Shown here one piece after another: positions 38,142 through 48,289 of a stretch of 64,000 nt of DNA. A program made the position numbers and the translations under genes. Under the pieces are notes generated by a model. The model ran no database searches. It saw only the letters and a list, made by a program, of their open reading frames with translations, and was not told the origin of the DNA. Positions within the stretch are counted from its first letter, which is position 1; each line of letters begins with the position of its first letter. Origin of the DNA: a virus (Duplodnaviria > Caudoviricetes); the IMG/VR virus record IMGVR_UViG_3300035522_000179, positions 160,001 through 224,000 of that record; one strand, given 5' to 3'.

Positions 38142-38768
38142 ATGCGATATCATAATATCGAAACAAATAATATGGAGAATGGATACGGACTAAGAGTATT
38201 GGTTTGGATATCCGGTTGTTTTCATAATTGTGATGAGTGTCAAAATCCCATTACTCATGATCCTAACGATGGTCTTGAATTTGGGGAAGATGAATCATGG
38301 GAAGTGTTAGATAATTTAAAACCCGATTACATCAACGGTGTTACATTTACTGGTGGAGATCCCCTCTGTTATAGTGCACAAGACGTCAATCGTCTTATTT
38401 ATAGAATTCGGAATCTATTTGGTGATTCCAAAACAATTTGGATCTATACCGGATTTAAATTCGAAGATTTGTTAAAGAAAGCACTTGATGATAATCAGAA
38501 AGAAACCAAGGATATCATAGACTCGGTTTCTATCGCTAGGATTCTCAGCCATATCGATGTTCTCTGTGATGGCAAATATGAAAAAGACCATGCTTCCAAA
38601 GGATATCATTACGTAGGAAGTACCAATCAGAGAGTGATTGATGTAAAGAAAACTTTAGAAGAAGAAAGAATTGTATTCTTAGAGCCTGATCAGGAACAGT
38701 ATTGTACTGCAAAAAAGATGGATGATGATGAGTTAAAAGATCTGATTCGGAAATTCAAAGAATTATAA
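38142..38768 (+). CDS. nrdG: anaerobic ribonucleotide reductase activase (radical SAM)
   Basis: NGYGLRV..W.SGCFHNCDECQN, GVTFTGGDP, IWIYTG, DVLCDG, GSTNQRVID. Confidence 0.93.
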   Translation: MRYHNIETNNMENGYGLRVLVWISGCFHNCDECQNPITHDPNDGLEFGEDESWEVLDNLKPDYINGVTFTGGDPLCYSAQDVNRLIYRIRNLFGDSKTIWIYTGFKFEDLLKKALDDNQKETKDIIDSVSIARILSHIDVLCDGKYEKDHASKGYHYVGSTNQRVIDVKKTLEEERIVFLEPDQEQYCTAKKMDDDELKDLIRKFKEL

Positions 38769-38811
38769 AAAAATAAGTGAATAGAAGTTTTGTCTTCTAT
38801 TCACTTATTTT
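38769..38811. terminator. bidirectional terminator (nrdG / beta')
   Basis: AAAATAAGTGAATAGAAG/CTTCTATTCACTTATTTT. Confidence 0.85.
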
Positions 38812-38817
38812 CTGTTT

Positions 38818-40914
38818 TTATAAAACCCCTTTGGATTCGTATTTGGGTTTCATCTTTTTGGGTCCATAAATATCATAAAGGTTCGGAACCTTCGGTTTCA
38901 AGAACGGATCAATATAAGAAGTTCCAGTCCTTTCTGTGACAATTTCATCACTCAACAACTGCCTCTTGATGTACTGAACCGATAAACCAAGCCCCGGAGA
39001 TTTGTTCTCTTCCAAAGCTTTTGCAATTGTGATAATCTCGTAAGGCTCCAATTCTGGATTGGTAAAATCAGGTCTATCGTATTTATGCTTGATTGACCGA
39101 ATCAACCGATTGATAATAATCTCACCAGATAATGCGGATGCTTTAATTCCTGAGATCACTAAAAGCTCTGTAAATTTCTGTACCATTTCATCAATGGTTT
39201 GAATCTCACCATCTTTATGACTCTTATTCAAAAGACCCATCATCTCATAAAGAGGTTTCGTAAGTTCATCGTTTAAGATACTCATCTCAAAGATCTTTGT
39301 ATCGTTCTCCAGATCCTTGAATTTGATATATCCTTTTCCTTTCTTCATATAATCGATTACATCATCTGCAAGGAAGATTGCTTTTCCTTCGTTTTCCAAT
39401 TTGATTTCTGTCATCTCTTTGGTATCCAGATTTACAACGTAAAACATCCCGCCGCTGATGTAAGTATTGTAAGAGGATTCTTCGTCCATCTCATCCACTT
39501 TGTTAATTGTAGAAGGAGAGATGTAGATTGCATACTTGTTGATATCCACTTCATCATTGTCTTCTACAATAGGATAGACTTCTCCAGAATCCAAAGTAAA
39601 GAACTTGTCAAAGGCATCGTTAAACTTAAGCACTTCTGAGTGCGTTGTCAGTAGATGCTTTGAGGATAAGACATTCTGCTCCAATTCCTTTGTAATCTCT
39701 TCCGATTCAAATCCAGAGATACCGGCAGCAATATCATAATTAAGACCAGCCGTTCTTCCAACACATTTTGCACAGATTTTATCTCCCAGTGCACAAGTCA
39801 CAGGAGAGCGAAGAATGATCTCTTCTCCAATTAAGAACTTATCGTTGTCTCCATCCAAGAGTTGGAAATCCTGATCTTCGGATACTTTGTAGTATCTGTG
39901 GTCGAACTTATGAAGCATCTTCTTATCCTGAATCTTAATCCTCAAGAAATGCTTGGTATCGCAGTCGTTTAACGTTGTAGATAATTCCAGAGTTCTCGCA
40001 AGCTGTAAGGTCAGCTTACCGAAGTTTCCAGCAGTTCCCATAACGGTCTTATTTAAAATCAAAGATTTTCTTGCTGCAGATCCGTCTATGTAAACATAAG
40101 AGGGTCTGTCCAATCCGCGAATCAAAGTACTATTCTCAATGGGATGCGTCATGATCGCTCCATCCAAAGTAGGCTTCAATCCTTGTGCAATGGTGAACTC
40201 ACCAAACTGCTTGATCTTAATTCCTGTTTGGGCATTCATAATCACACCGATTGCATTTCTTGACTTCTTGTAGATATCTACCTCTTCTGCTAAGAGATTC
40301 TCAATCTTTAATTCTACGTCTCTAGGTTGCATCGCATCATCGAAAGAACACTCCATAATATCTTTTATCCTATCATTGTTGCGATACATATCATCAAAGG
40401 TGAAATATGAAAAATTGAGATTCATAATCAAGGAAAAATCCAAGGAAATCCCTCTCAATTTATAACAAACCTTTGACACTGCCTTATTGATAGATACTTC
40501 CCTCACATTGAAATTACGAAGGGGAATAATGATACGATAACTAATCCAGTTATCCAAATCATATTCCTTGGTCGCAATGATCTTCGTACCATCCATAATG
40601 TAATTCTTATTTAAGAACTTGATTGTATTTACCAATACAAACGGCTCCCATAAAATAAGATTGATGATGAAGTGACGAAGCTGAACCGTATAGGTTTCTG
40701 TGTCTTTCGTATAAAACTTAAAGGTAATCGGATACTCCCTACATTCTTTTATCTCGAAGCATCCTTTGATGATATTATACATCTTTTGGAAGAAGTCTTC
40801 ATAGATCTCTTCCGTTGCCATAATCGGCTCTAGTGTGTAACACTTTTGAGTAAGTTTCTTTAAATCTTCCACACCATGAATTTCTGGTATGTTTTCATTT
40901 TGTATTGTATCCAT
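38818..40914 (-). CDS. phage RNA polymerase beta'-like C-terminal subunit
   Basis: ARKSL...K....AG (bridge helix), DCDT, LRSPVTC....ICAKCVG zinc site, QNVLSSKH (trigger loop); no NADFDGD; in an ATATATTAT operon. Confidence 0.88.
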   Translation of the reverse strand: MDTIQNENIPEIHGVEDLKKLTQKCYTLEPIMATEEIYEDFFQKMYNIIKGCFEIKECREYPITFKFYTKDTETYTVQLRHFIINLILWEPFVLVNTIKFLNKNYIMDGTKIIATKEYDLDNWISYRIIIPLRNFNVREVSINKAVSKVCYKLRGISLDFSLIMNLNFSYFTFDDMYRNNDRIKDIMECSFDDAMQPRDVELKIENLLAEEVDIYKKSRNAIGVIMNAQTGIKIKQFGEFTIAQGLKPTLDGAIMTHPIENSTLIRGLDRPSYVYIDGSAARKSLILNKTVMGTAGNFGKLTLQLARTLELSTTLNDCDTKHFLRIKIQDKKMLHKFDHRYYKVSEDQDFQLLDGDNDKFLIGEEIILRSPVTCALGDKICAKCVGRTAGLNYDIAAGISGFESEEITKELEQNVLSSKHLLTTHSEVLKFNDAFDKFFTLDSGEVYPIVEDNDEVDINKYAIYISPSTINKVDEMDEESSYNTYISGGMFYVVNLDTKEMTEIKLENEGKAIFLADDVIDYMKKGKGYIKFKDLENDTKIFEMSILNDELTKPLYEMMGLLNKSHKDGEIQTIDEMVQKFTELLVISGIKASALSGEIIINRLIRSIKHKYDRPDFTNPELEPYEIITIAKALEENKSPGLGLSVQYIKRQLLSDEIVTERTGTSYIDPFLKPKVPNLYDIYGPKKMKPKYESKGVL

Positions 40915-40930
40915 TTTGTAAACCTACCTT

Positions 40931-41452
40931 CTAAAAATTATAAAGAACGTCATCATTGTTAACTGATTGTGGAAGCCATACTGAGTTTTCATAGTGATCA
41001 TATTCTTTCTCCTCAATAAAAGTCTTCTTATTCAAATCAATAAACAACGACAAAGTATCGATTACCAGATGATTCTCACCATCATCGATAGTGGTTAGTC
41101 TAGTAATCGATTCCATGTATTTCTTTTTCACAGGATACTTTCGAAATACTTTCTCTATTTCTTCTACCATCTTTTCGATGTTCTCAATCTCTACAGATAA
41201 ACGAACATCCTCATCATAAGTTTCTGCAAAATCAATTACTGGAACTCCTTTTGTTTCTAAAGGAAATTTCCCAAGCATCTTTGATTTGTTATAACTCATG
41301 AATGCTCTTCCTTCGATGTCAGAAACTTTCTTTTTCTGGTAGATGAAGCATTTCATATTCCTTTGTAACATGAAGAGCTCAGCTGTCTCTTTCGTTAACG
41401 TATAGGCATAAAGTTCTTTCGTGGACTTTAAATAAAACATATAGATTTTCAT
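40931..41452 (-). CDS. hypothetical protein (LYAYT...A..F...RNM)
   Basis: Co-transcribed with the beta' subunit. Confidence 0.7.
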   Translation of the reverse strand: MKIYMFYLKSTKELYAYTLTKETAELFMLQRNMKCFIYQKKKVSDIEGRAFMSYNKSKMLGKFPLETKGVPVIDFAETYDEDVRLSVEIENIEKMVEEIEKVFRKYPVKKKYMESITRLTTIDDGENHLVIDTLSLFIDLNKKTFIEEKEYDHYENSVWLPQSVNNDDVLYNF

Positions 41453-41458
41453 CGTTTC

Positions 41459-41770
41459 TCATCCTATCCATGTTTTTACGAATATGGGATCATTTGCAAT
41501 GGATTCTTCCACCCGGTCAATATCAAATACCGTTTCAAGATTCTTTCCTTTCCGAAGTTTCTTGATTGCTTTCTTAATTTCTGAAACCGCCTCCTCATAT
41601 TCTTTCTTGGTTAAGTTCTGACAATACAACAGATTATCATACATCTCAATATAAGTCTCTAACTGATCTGCCATAAGGTTTAACTTCTCTTGCGGAAATG
41701 GATTTTCCCAATCTTCATCAGTGAATCTCCCATAATAAGCTTCTCTTTTCTCCTTTTTCTTTTTGCCCAT
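41459..41770 (-). CDS. hypothetical early protein
   Basis: ATATATTAT at 41813-41821; SD AGGAGG. Confidence 0.7.
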   Translation of the reverse strand: MGKKKKEKREAYYGRFTDEDWENPFPQEKLNLMADQLETYIEMYDNLLYCQNLTKKEYEEAVSEIKKAIKKLRKGKNLETVFDIDRVEESIANDPIFVKTWIG

Positions 41771-41881
41771 ATTTATTACCTCCTAAAAGTTATATTTTCT
41801 GTATTCAGAAAAATAATATATAAGCAAAAGAAAAAGAACGAAGTGAATGTGATTTTTCACATTCACTTCGTTAAGTGGATT

Positions 41882-42550
41882 CTACTTATCAGCAATCTGC
41901 TTAGCAGCGTTTGCAATGGTAGGAGACTTAGATCTTCTCAGTCTCATTACATACTCTTTTGCTTTCTTCATAGCAGGCTGTTTGTATCTCTGACGAAGAA
42001 CTGCCTTAAGACGTCTTCTCATGCCCTGCACCTTAGCCAGCTTGAAGTATACCGGATCTCTCTTTGCACGAGCGATTGCCTGTACACAAACCTCAAACAG
42101 CTGATTGGTTCTTGCCTGTTTGGTAAATCTTACCATATTCTTCTGATAGAACTTTGCTTCCATAAACAGGGAGTTGTCTACCATGAAGTTCGAACGAAAC
42201 GCCTCCATAGCAAATCCCTCATCTACTGCAATGTCAAACTCAGAACTCTCAGCAAACTCATTTACCTCATCCTGAGAAAGTACATCCTTCAAGATAATGG
42301 GAGTAGCGGCAATGTTAATGATGGAATCTGCCTCAGCATCCTCATCCGGATTCAACTCCAGACCATTTTCAGGCTTCTCCATATCATCATTTACATCATC
42401 ATTCTCCACGGGAGTGGTTATATCATCATTGTCATCGTATCCGGCTTCATCATCCTCATATCCATTATTTATCTCATCAATACCCTCTCTAAAGTAAGGA
42501 TCATTGTGTCGACTAGGAAGAGGATTTCTAAGTTCATCTAAAAAACTCAT
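41882..42550 (-). CDS. probable head protein with acidic propeptide and basic C-domain
   Basis: Acidic N-half, sites AMEA/FMEA, then very basic AIARAKRDPVYFKL...; late promoter at 42615. Confidence 0.6.
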   Translation of the reverse strand: MSFLDELRNPLPSRHNDPYFREGIDEINNGYEDDEAGYDDNDDITTPVENDDVNDDMEKPENGLELNPDEDAEADSIINIAATPIILKDVLSQDEVNEFAESSEFDIAVDEGFAMEAFRSNFMVDNSLFMEAKFYQKNMVRFTKQARTNQLFEVCVQAIARAKRDPVYFKLAKVQGMRRRLKAVLRQRYKQPAMKKAKEYVMRLRRSKSPTIANAAKQIADK

Positions 42551-42643
42551 ATCTTTTCATTCCTTTCTTGTATTATATAAAATTACTTTTGTAATCTTAA
42601 TATTAACACATTGTTTTTATTAGAAAGCAGATATTTCTTTCCA

Positions 42644-43285
42644 TCAATCCTTATTATCCAACTTTTCTTTCAGTTCTTCGATTTTTTCTTTGGTAGACTG
42701 AATCTCTTTGTTTCCACCAGAAACCTGTTCTTTTTTCTTTTCTTTAAGAACAGATTTTGCTTTCTGAGAAACTCCTTTGATAACAGATTTCAGTTTTCCT
42801 TTAAGAGAATTCAGCTCTTGAATTTCATCTCTCACATCATCCAGTTGTTTGCTGTCGATATCATCATAAGATTTAACAACGATATCTGCATACTCATCTT
42901 TCAGTGAAACGGTTAACTTATTAAGTTCGGTATCCAGCTTTATAATAAACTCTTCACAACATGCCTCGATATCCTTATCTGTAGTAGATCTCTTTGATAA
43001 CAGGGACATGATTTTCTTTTCATATCCTTCCAATACACTTATAATACCTTTGAAATCACTAGCGTGTTTGGATTCTTTCAAATTCTTTATCTCGTTACGT
43101 ATAAGAGAAATGAACTTATAATCTGCGTAGGTAAGATCGTCACGAGGATTTCCCTCTGACATAACTCTCAAAACATCTCCAAGTTCCTCTATGGTCTCCG
43201 CACTTTCTACAACCTCTATCAGATCGGTATCTTCGTCGAGACCTCTCTCATAAATCATTAATTTTACTCTATCTCTAATATCCAT
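42644..43285 (-). CDS. probable internal head protein (coiled coil)
   Basis: KLMIYERG...VVESA motif; late promoter at 43331. Confidence 0.5.
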   Translation of the reverse strand: MDIRDRVKLMIYERGLDEDTDLIEVVESAETIEELGDVLRVMSEGNPRDDLTYADYKFISLIRNEIKNLKESKHASDFKGIISVLEGYEKKIMSLLSKRSTTDKDIEACCEEFIIKLDTELNKLTVSLKDEYADIVVKSYDDIDSKQLDDVRDEIQELNSLKGKLKSVIKGVSQKAKSVLKEKKKEQVSGGNKEIQSTKEKIEELKEKLDNKD

Positions 43286-43359
43286 TTGTATGATCCTCCT
43301 AGATATATTTTCACGATTTTAACAAATTGTTTTCTCCTGTTTTTATCAAGAAAATAAAG

Positions 43360-43368
43360 ATATATTAT
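43360..43368 (+). promoter_or_regulatory. early-type promoter ATATATTAT (representative copy)
   Basis: Perfect, correctly oriented copies at 1561(-), 13949(-), 29257(-), 31797(-), 41813(-), 43360(+), 53241(+), 56450(-), 57969(-); resembles the phiKZ early consensus TATATTAC. Confidence 0.8.
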
Positions 43369-43485
43369 TCCTATGAATCCGAATAGATATAGATGCATAT
43401 TTGCTCTAATATGATAAAAAACTATATCGAGTACACAATAATAAAATCTTGTGTATAAAATACATGAGCAGAAAGGAGATTTGAT

Positions 43486-43767
43486 ATGAGTGTCAAGAAA
43501 AAAGTAAACAAAACGTTTACAAAAGTCACCAAAGGAATGGGATTCAATGCACTTGAGAGACGCAAACTCAAAAAGACAGCAAAGCAGTTCACCTATGATG
43601 TTGCTGTAGAGTCTGCATCGGAACTGGTAGTGATGGGAACTTGCTGTGCCGCAAGGTATGCTTGGAATTTCGCTACTGCTGGAGTAAGGGTTGCAAAAGA
43701 CGCATGGACGAATGCTGTTATTGCAGCCGAGGTAAATGCGGAGATTTCTTCTGGTGAAGATGACTAG
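43486..43767 (+). CDS. small early protein
   Basis: ATATATTAT at 43360, leader of about 110 nt, SD GAAAGGAG. Confidence 0.75.
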   Translation: MSVKKKVNKTFTKVTKGMGFNALERRKLKKTAKQFTYDVAVESASELVVMGTCCAARYAWNFATAGVRVAKDAWTNAVIAAEVNAEISSGEDD

Positions 43768-43840
43768 TACTACTTGGGTAGAATGATTGAGATAATCTCA
43801 ATCATTCTATCATTACTTAAAGTTCATAAGGAGGACAAAG

Positions 43841-44017
43841 ATGAAAGCAATCAAGAAATTATGGAAATTCGTCAACCGTAGAAAGGTGGAGATTCTCTTA
43901 GGAGGAGCGGCTGTTTACCTTATCTACTTTCTTTGCAAAATTGTTTTTGACAACGGTACTACCAAAGATGGTAGTTATTACTATGCTGATTTTGATAATA
44001 TTATTGGGGAGGAATAA
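43841..44017 (+). CDS. 58-aa single-TM protein (not in the ORF track)
   Basis: SD AAGGAGG; MKAIKKLWKFVNRRKVEILLGGAAVYLIYFLCKIVF... Confidence 0.75.
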   Translation: MKAIKKLWKFVNRRKVEILLGGAAVYLIYFLCKIVFDNGTTKDGSYYYADFDNIIGEE

Positions 44018-44020
44018 ACT

Positions 44021-44197
44021 ATGAGACCGAGTGAAAGAAGAGCAAAAAGAGAGCAGCAGAAAGCAATTGGAACACTGATGGTTGGTGTTGGAACACTTGG
44101 ATTGGCTGCCAGTATTGGTATGAAGGTGTTTGCCGTGAAAAAGAAGAAAGCCATTGTTGATTCACTGAATGATGTGAAGGACGATCTGGCTGAGTAA
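44021..44197 (+). CDS. 58-aa single-TM protein (not in the ORF track)
   Basis: SD GGAGG; MRPSERRAKREQQKAIGTLMVGVGTLGLAASIGMKVF... Confidence 0.75.
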   Translation: MRPSERRAKREQQKAIGTLMVGVGTLGLAASIGMKVFAVKKKKAIVDSLNDVKDDLAE

Positions 44198-44266
44198 TCC
44201 GGCTGATCTATGTCTTATCTGGCACAGAATAAGGAGTACGCATTTATTTGCGTACTCCTTATTTTT

Positions 44267-45574
44267 TTAAATCATTCCAACTCTTTCCAGAGTATTCTTG
44301 ATCTGATTAATCTCTTCATCTGAATAGATGCCATCATCCGCAGCTTCCTGAACGTAGTTCCAGATCTCATCATTCATAGCACTCTCATTGGTAGAAGTAT
44401 CTCCAGAATCGTCAGAACCAGAATCATCGCTTCCATCATCGGCATTGTCACCGTCATCGCTCTTACTCTTCTTACCCTTCTTCTTACCAGAATCATCAGA
44501 GTCATCATCAGAAGAATCACCCGAGTCATCACTTCCGCCGCTCAGTGCTTTGGAAAGCTTCTCATCCAGCTTGTCAGCCAGCTTCTTCTCTTCGTCAGTA
44601 AGAGTGATTTTAGCCTCTTTAATTTTTTCTTTCAGACTAAAGGATTCTCCATCATCACAACCACCGTCATCTGCAGCATCCTGTACATCTTTTGCTTCAT
44701 TAATCTTCTTTGCAGCTTCCTCTTTTCCTTCTTCGTCACCAGCCTCAGCAGCTTCCAGATACTGACGAACATAGTCGGGAATACGATCAGGTGTTGCCAC
44801 ACTGTACATATAATCCTCGCTTGCAAGTTCAAGCATTACATCTCTTTGCAGATCTGTAATCAAACCAGCATTGTAAGACTCTACAATGTAATCTACGAAC
44901 TGATCTCTCTGCTCTTCGATTGCTGCCTCTACAACAGAGTTTACTGCCTCGTTTTTCTCGACTTCATTCTCAACACTCTCAAGACGGAGTAACAAATAAT
45001 CTCTGAAGTTATCTGAAATTTTTCCAGATGCTGACTCCTCAAATACATCGATCTTCATCTGTTTCAAATCCTGTGTTGTCATAGTTTTATACTCTCCTTC
45101 TTTTACAGATTCTTCGTATGTTTCATACTGAATTTTTCCATGCTTTAAAGCTTCCGGGTTTACATAAACTCCCATTTCTCCTAAAGCACGAACGATATCA
45201 CCCCTCTTTTTTGTCAGGGTGTCTGCATATTTTAATCTGCCAGTTTTCTGAATCCCATATTCTGCTTGCTTTCTGGGATTCATGGCTTCTTTTTCGTTAT
45301 CCGAAAGTTCTTTCATAGTATCGGACAGAGCTTTTTTCAAGTTCCGAACCGTTGCATCTACGTTATCGGAATTTAACCCTTTAAGGTAGTTTTCCTTTTT
45401 GTATTTTGTAGCAGCTCCGTGAATTGCATTTTTTCCATGGGGAGTTTGGTAGAATACCTTCTCTCCTTTTTTATTCAAGGAATATTCGGTGGAATTTCGA
45501 TCAGTAAGAAACGCTTTCGTATCACGCTTTGCTCTACCAATGACTTTCCACGCGTCATTAATAATATTCGGCAT
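44267..45574 (-). CDS. probable prohead core/scaffold protein (possible internal start at 45082)
   Basis: Directly downstream of the protease; three E-S/A-xx-G-x-I repeats; D/S/G low-complexity tract. Confidence 0.6.
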   Translation of the reverse strand: MPNIINDAWKVIGRAKRDTKAFLTDRNSTEYSLNKKGEKVFYQTPHGKNAIHGAATKYKKENYLKGLNSDNVDATVRNLKKALSDTMKELSDNEKEAMNPRKQAEYGIQKTGRLKYADTLTKKRGDIVRALGEMGVYVNPEALKHGKIQYETYEESVKEGEYKTMTTQDLKQMKIDVFEESASGKISDNFRDYLLLRLESVENEVEKNEAVNSVVEAAIEEQRDQFVDYIVESYNAGLITDLQRDVMLELASEDYMYSVATPDRIPDYVRQYLEAAEAGDEEGKEEAAKKINEAKDVQDAADDGGCDDGESFSLKEKIKEAKITLTDEEKKLADKLDEKLSKALSGGSDDSGDSSDDDSDDSGKKKGKKSKSDDGDNADDGSDDSGSDDSGDTSTNESAMNDEIWNYVQEAADDGIYSDEEINQIKNTLERVGMI

Positions 45575-45590
45575 TTATTTTTTCCTCCTT

Positions 45591-46529
45591 TTAAAATGAG
45601 CTGAGGAAATCTATAACACTATGCTTCGTTTGGGGAGATATCTTTGCATAAATGGTATTGTCTCCGTCTCGAATAATCGTATGATCCAAATTGGAATCAA
45701 ACCCAACCATATCTTCCAAAGATAAATCAAAGGATTCCATAATTGCATTGGTGTTTGGATCTTTGATTCCAACATGTTCCAAAATCTCTTTTAAGGGAAT
45801 GAGAATATCTTTTGTATAAGACTCTCTCATATCCTCATGTTTTCCGTTGTCCACTCCAGCGGACTCTAATGCAACCAAAGCAGAACTCTTACTCATAAAC
45901 TGAGGTGTTCCCTCCATATTTGCATCATGATGAGAAGGATAAAGAACCCAGTCGTAAGTAATCAACTTTCTTACGATTACATAAGGTTCCCCATTAATAT
46001 TCTGGATTCCCGCAATTGCTCTACAGCTAAAGGAAGGAATCAGACCCTGCAAAATTTCATCACAAAATCCTTTTCCCCATTCGGTTCCAGAAGCAGTTTG
46101 AATGGTTGCTCTCAATATATCGCCCTTTACAGCAGGGTTCATAATTTTATGGGAACGTCTTGACATCTCAATCAATTGAATTCTTTCAGGTGATAACTTC
46201 TGATCCTGATAAGCAGCGTAGGGATGATCCATCTCACCGTACCATGCATTTGTTCTTAACATCGTAACGATTCTTTCTGCTTTCAGCATATCATCAATAT
46301 TGGGACCCCAATATTTTCTTTTATTTCTATTTAAACATCTGAAAGTTTGCAAAATTGTATCAAACTGTGCAAATTTTACTCCAGCTTTTTCCTGATATTT
46401 CAGGCTGTCTACCACGTTATTCTCAGGGGAAACCTGCTCTGCGATAAACATAAGACCCATATCATCAGCCTTCTGGAGATTTGGCGCTACAGCTTGACTT
46501 GTAGCTAAACCAGCCATAATTTTGATCAT
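45591..46529 (-). CDS. prohead core protease (T4 gp21-like)
   Basis: NRNKRKY, GEMDHP, SH.I, PSFSCRA, YDWVLYPSH; C-terminal extension after ALES. Confidence 0.85.
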   Translation of the reverse strand: MIKIMAGLATSQAVAPNLQKADDMGLMFIAEQVSPENNVVDSLKYQEKAGVKFAQFDTILQTFRCLNRNKRKYWGPNIDDMLKAERIVTMLRTNAWYGEMDHPYAAYQDQKLSPERIQLIEMSRRSHKIMNPAVKGDILRATIQTASGTEWGKGFCDEILQGLIPSFSCRAIAGIQNINGEPYVIVRKLITYDWVLYPSHHDANMEGTPQFMSKSSALVALESAGVDNGKHEDMRESYTKDILIPLKEILEHVGIKDPNTNAIMESFDLSLEDMVGFDSNLDHTIIRDGDNTIYAKISPQTKHSVIDFLSSF

Positions 46530-46638
46530 CCTTTCTTAAAATTCTGTATTAGCTTAATGTTTTTCAACAAAAAACAATAACTACGTGAATCTGTAAGAAA
46601 AATCCCTAACTCCATAAAAGAAGTTAGGGATTTTGTTT

Positions 46639-48174
46639 TTAATATTTCTTTGCATAATCTCTAGCAAGTTCATCTACATCATGTAAGTGAAAACTCTCAA
46701 GATACAAAGCTTTCGACATATTAAGGAGTGTATACTCCACAACTGCATTATCAAAAGCAGACTCTTTTGCTTCGGTGTTAGAACCTTTCTTAATCAGATC
46801 CTCTGCGGTCTTTGCAAAAGACTCAATGAAGCTGATTGCTGCAGAATAAACACTCATTCTTGCCATGTAAACATCATGCGCAATCTGATAAATGGTAACG
46901 ACCTCTTTTGGAGTTGTGCACTTATTTGCCTTCGGAACCACAAATGCGTTTGCTTTGTTCACAAACTTCTTTCCATCGGGCTCCTTGAAGAAATCATCCA
47001 AAAGCTTTACGTCTTTCTTAAACTCCCCAATGGCTTCTCCGATAGAATATACCTGAGTCTTTCCCTTAGGGACTCTGTATTTCTGATACTTGATGTTATC
47101 AAACATGGTCTTTGACAATGCCTCATAAGCATCTGCAACCTCTCTTACTTTGGAAGTGGAGATAGGAGCTTTTACCGTAAGACCGGTGGTACTAGCAGAA
47201 AGAGAACTTGTCAGAGCGCTCGTCAACTTATCCGTGTTGATTTTACTTACGCTTGCTCTATAAGCAGTATAAACTGCTTTGTACATCTCATCCACCGTTG
47301 CCAAGAACTCAGAGTTCTTATTTGCAATTGCGTCTCTTGATTTATCTTCCAACTTCTGGTCGTGCTTTTCTTTCATGTTGCTAAACACACCCTCAAAGAT
47401 AGGAGCATACTCACAAGTTTCGGTAACTGCCTGATAAGGAGCAATCTTATTAAACTCATGAATCATCACAGACTCAAACAAAGAAGGAGTGTAAACAGAA
47501 GTCTTATTCAAACCTCTTGCTCTTACTGCCTCTTCTACATCGCTTTCAGAAGTGATAGACTCATCGTTGGTAAGTTCCTCTTCCAGTTTCTGTCGGTCTT
47601 CTTTTTCTTTCTTTGCAAGTTCTACCTCAGAGATTGCAGTATCTCTTACATTGTCTTTGATTACATCACTCAAATCATCCAGATTATTATCCCGGATAAT
47701 TGTCGCGAGTTTGTCATCGATCTCAGGAGTAATCTTAAAAGTATAATCCTCCTCGGTAATGGAATTCGGATCCATGGATTTTGCACGATACTGATCGGAT
47801 ACGATCTTCTCCACCGACTCCAAAATATTTTTCATTACCGAAGCATTCTTATTCTTCTTGATTGCTTCCTTTACATAAAACGTAGCATCATTTCCATTGG
47901 TTCTTCTGGAAATGTAATCTGCTACCACTTTATCCAAATCATCTACGGAAGCAGTTCTTCCGTTTATCTCAGGAATGGAATCCTGACAAACCTTTGTAAA
48001 AATACTATTCAAACAGGTGTTCACGCCATCCTTCTTAGTGTCCTCCAAACGGCGTGCTTTGATTACCGGATCTGCTTGGACATCGTCTATCGCATTCTGA
48101 TACCGACGCTGTTTGTTGAGTTCATCTATAAAGTTAATAACGCTATTTTCTGAATCCACAACTGGGTTACCCAT
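46639..48174 (-). CDS. probable head/core protein
   Basis: Late promoter at 48220; many xES/xEA/xEG sites; next to the protease. Confidence 0.55.
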   Translation of the reverse strand: MGNPVVDSENSVINFIDELNKQRRYQNAIDDVQADPVIKARRLEDTKKDGVNTCLNSIFTKVCQDSIPEINGRTASVDDLDKVVADYISRRTNGNDATFYVKEAIKKNKNASVMKNILESVEKIVSDQYRAKSMDPNSITEEDYTFKITPEIDDKLATIIRDNNLDDLSDVIKDNVRDTAISEVELAKKEKEDRQKLEEELTNDESITSESDVEEAVRARGLNKTSVYTPSLFESVMIHEFNKIAPYQAVTETCEYAPIFEGVFSNMKEKHDQKLEDKSRDAIANKNSEFLATVDEMYKAVYTAYRASVSKINTDKLTSALTSSLSASTTGLTVKAPISTSKVREVADAYEALSKTMFDNIKYQKYRVPKGKTQVYSIGEAIGEFKKDVKLLDDFFKEPDGKKFVNKANAFVVPKANKCTTPKEVVTIYQIAHDVYMARMSVYSAAISFIESFAKTAEDLIKKGSNTEAKESAFDNAVVEYTLLNMSKALYLESFHLHDVDELARDYAKKY

Positions 48175-48289
48175 AGTTTTTTCACCCTTTCCTTATTATA
48201 GTTAAATTTAATACAATGTTTTTTCAATATATACGAACTTGTGAAAATAAATCAGTAAAAAAGGGAGAGGAAACCCTCTCCCTAATAAG

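Noticed and set aside
17600-40914. Introns or inteins in the RNAP, helicase or recombinase genes
   Set aside because: ORFs are continuous, with no intein terminal motifs or homing-endonuclease signatures seen.
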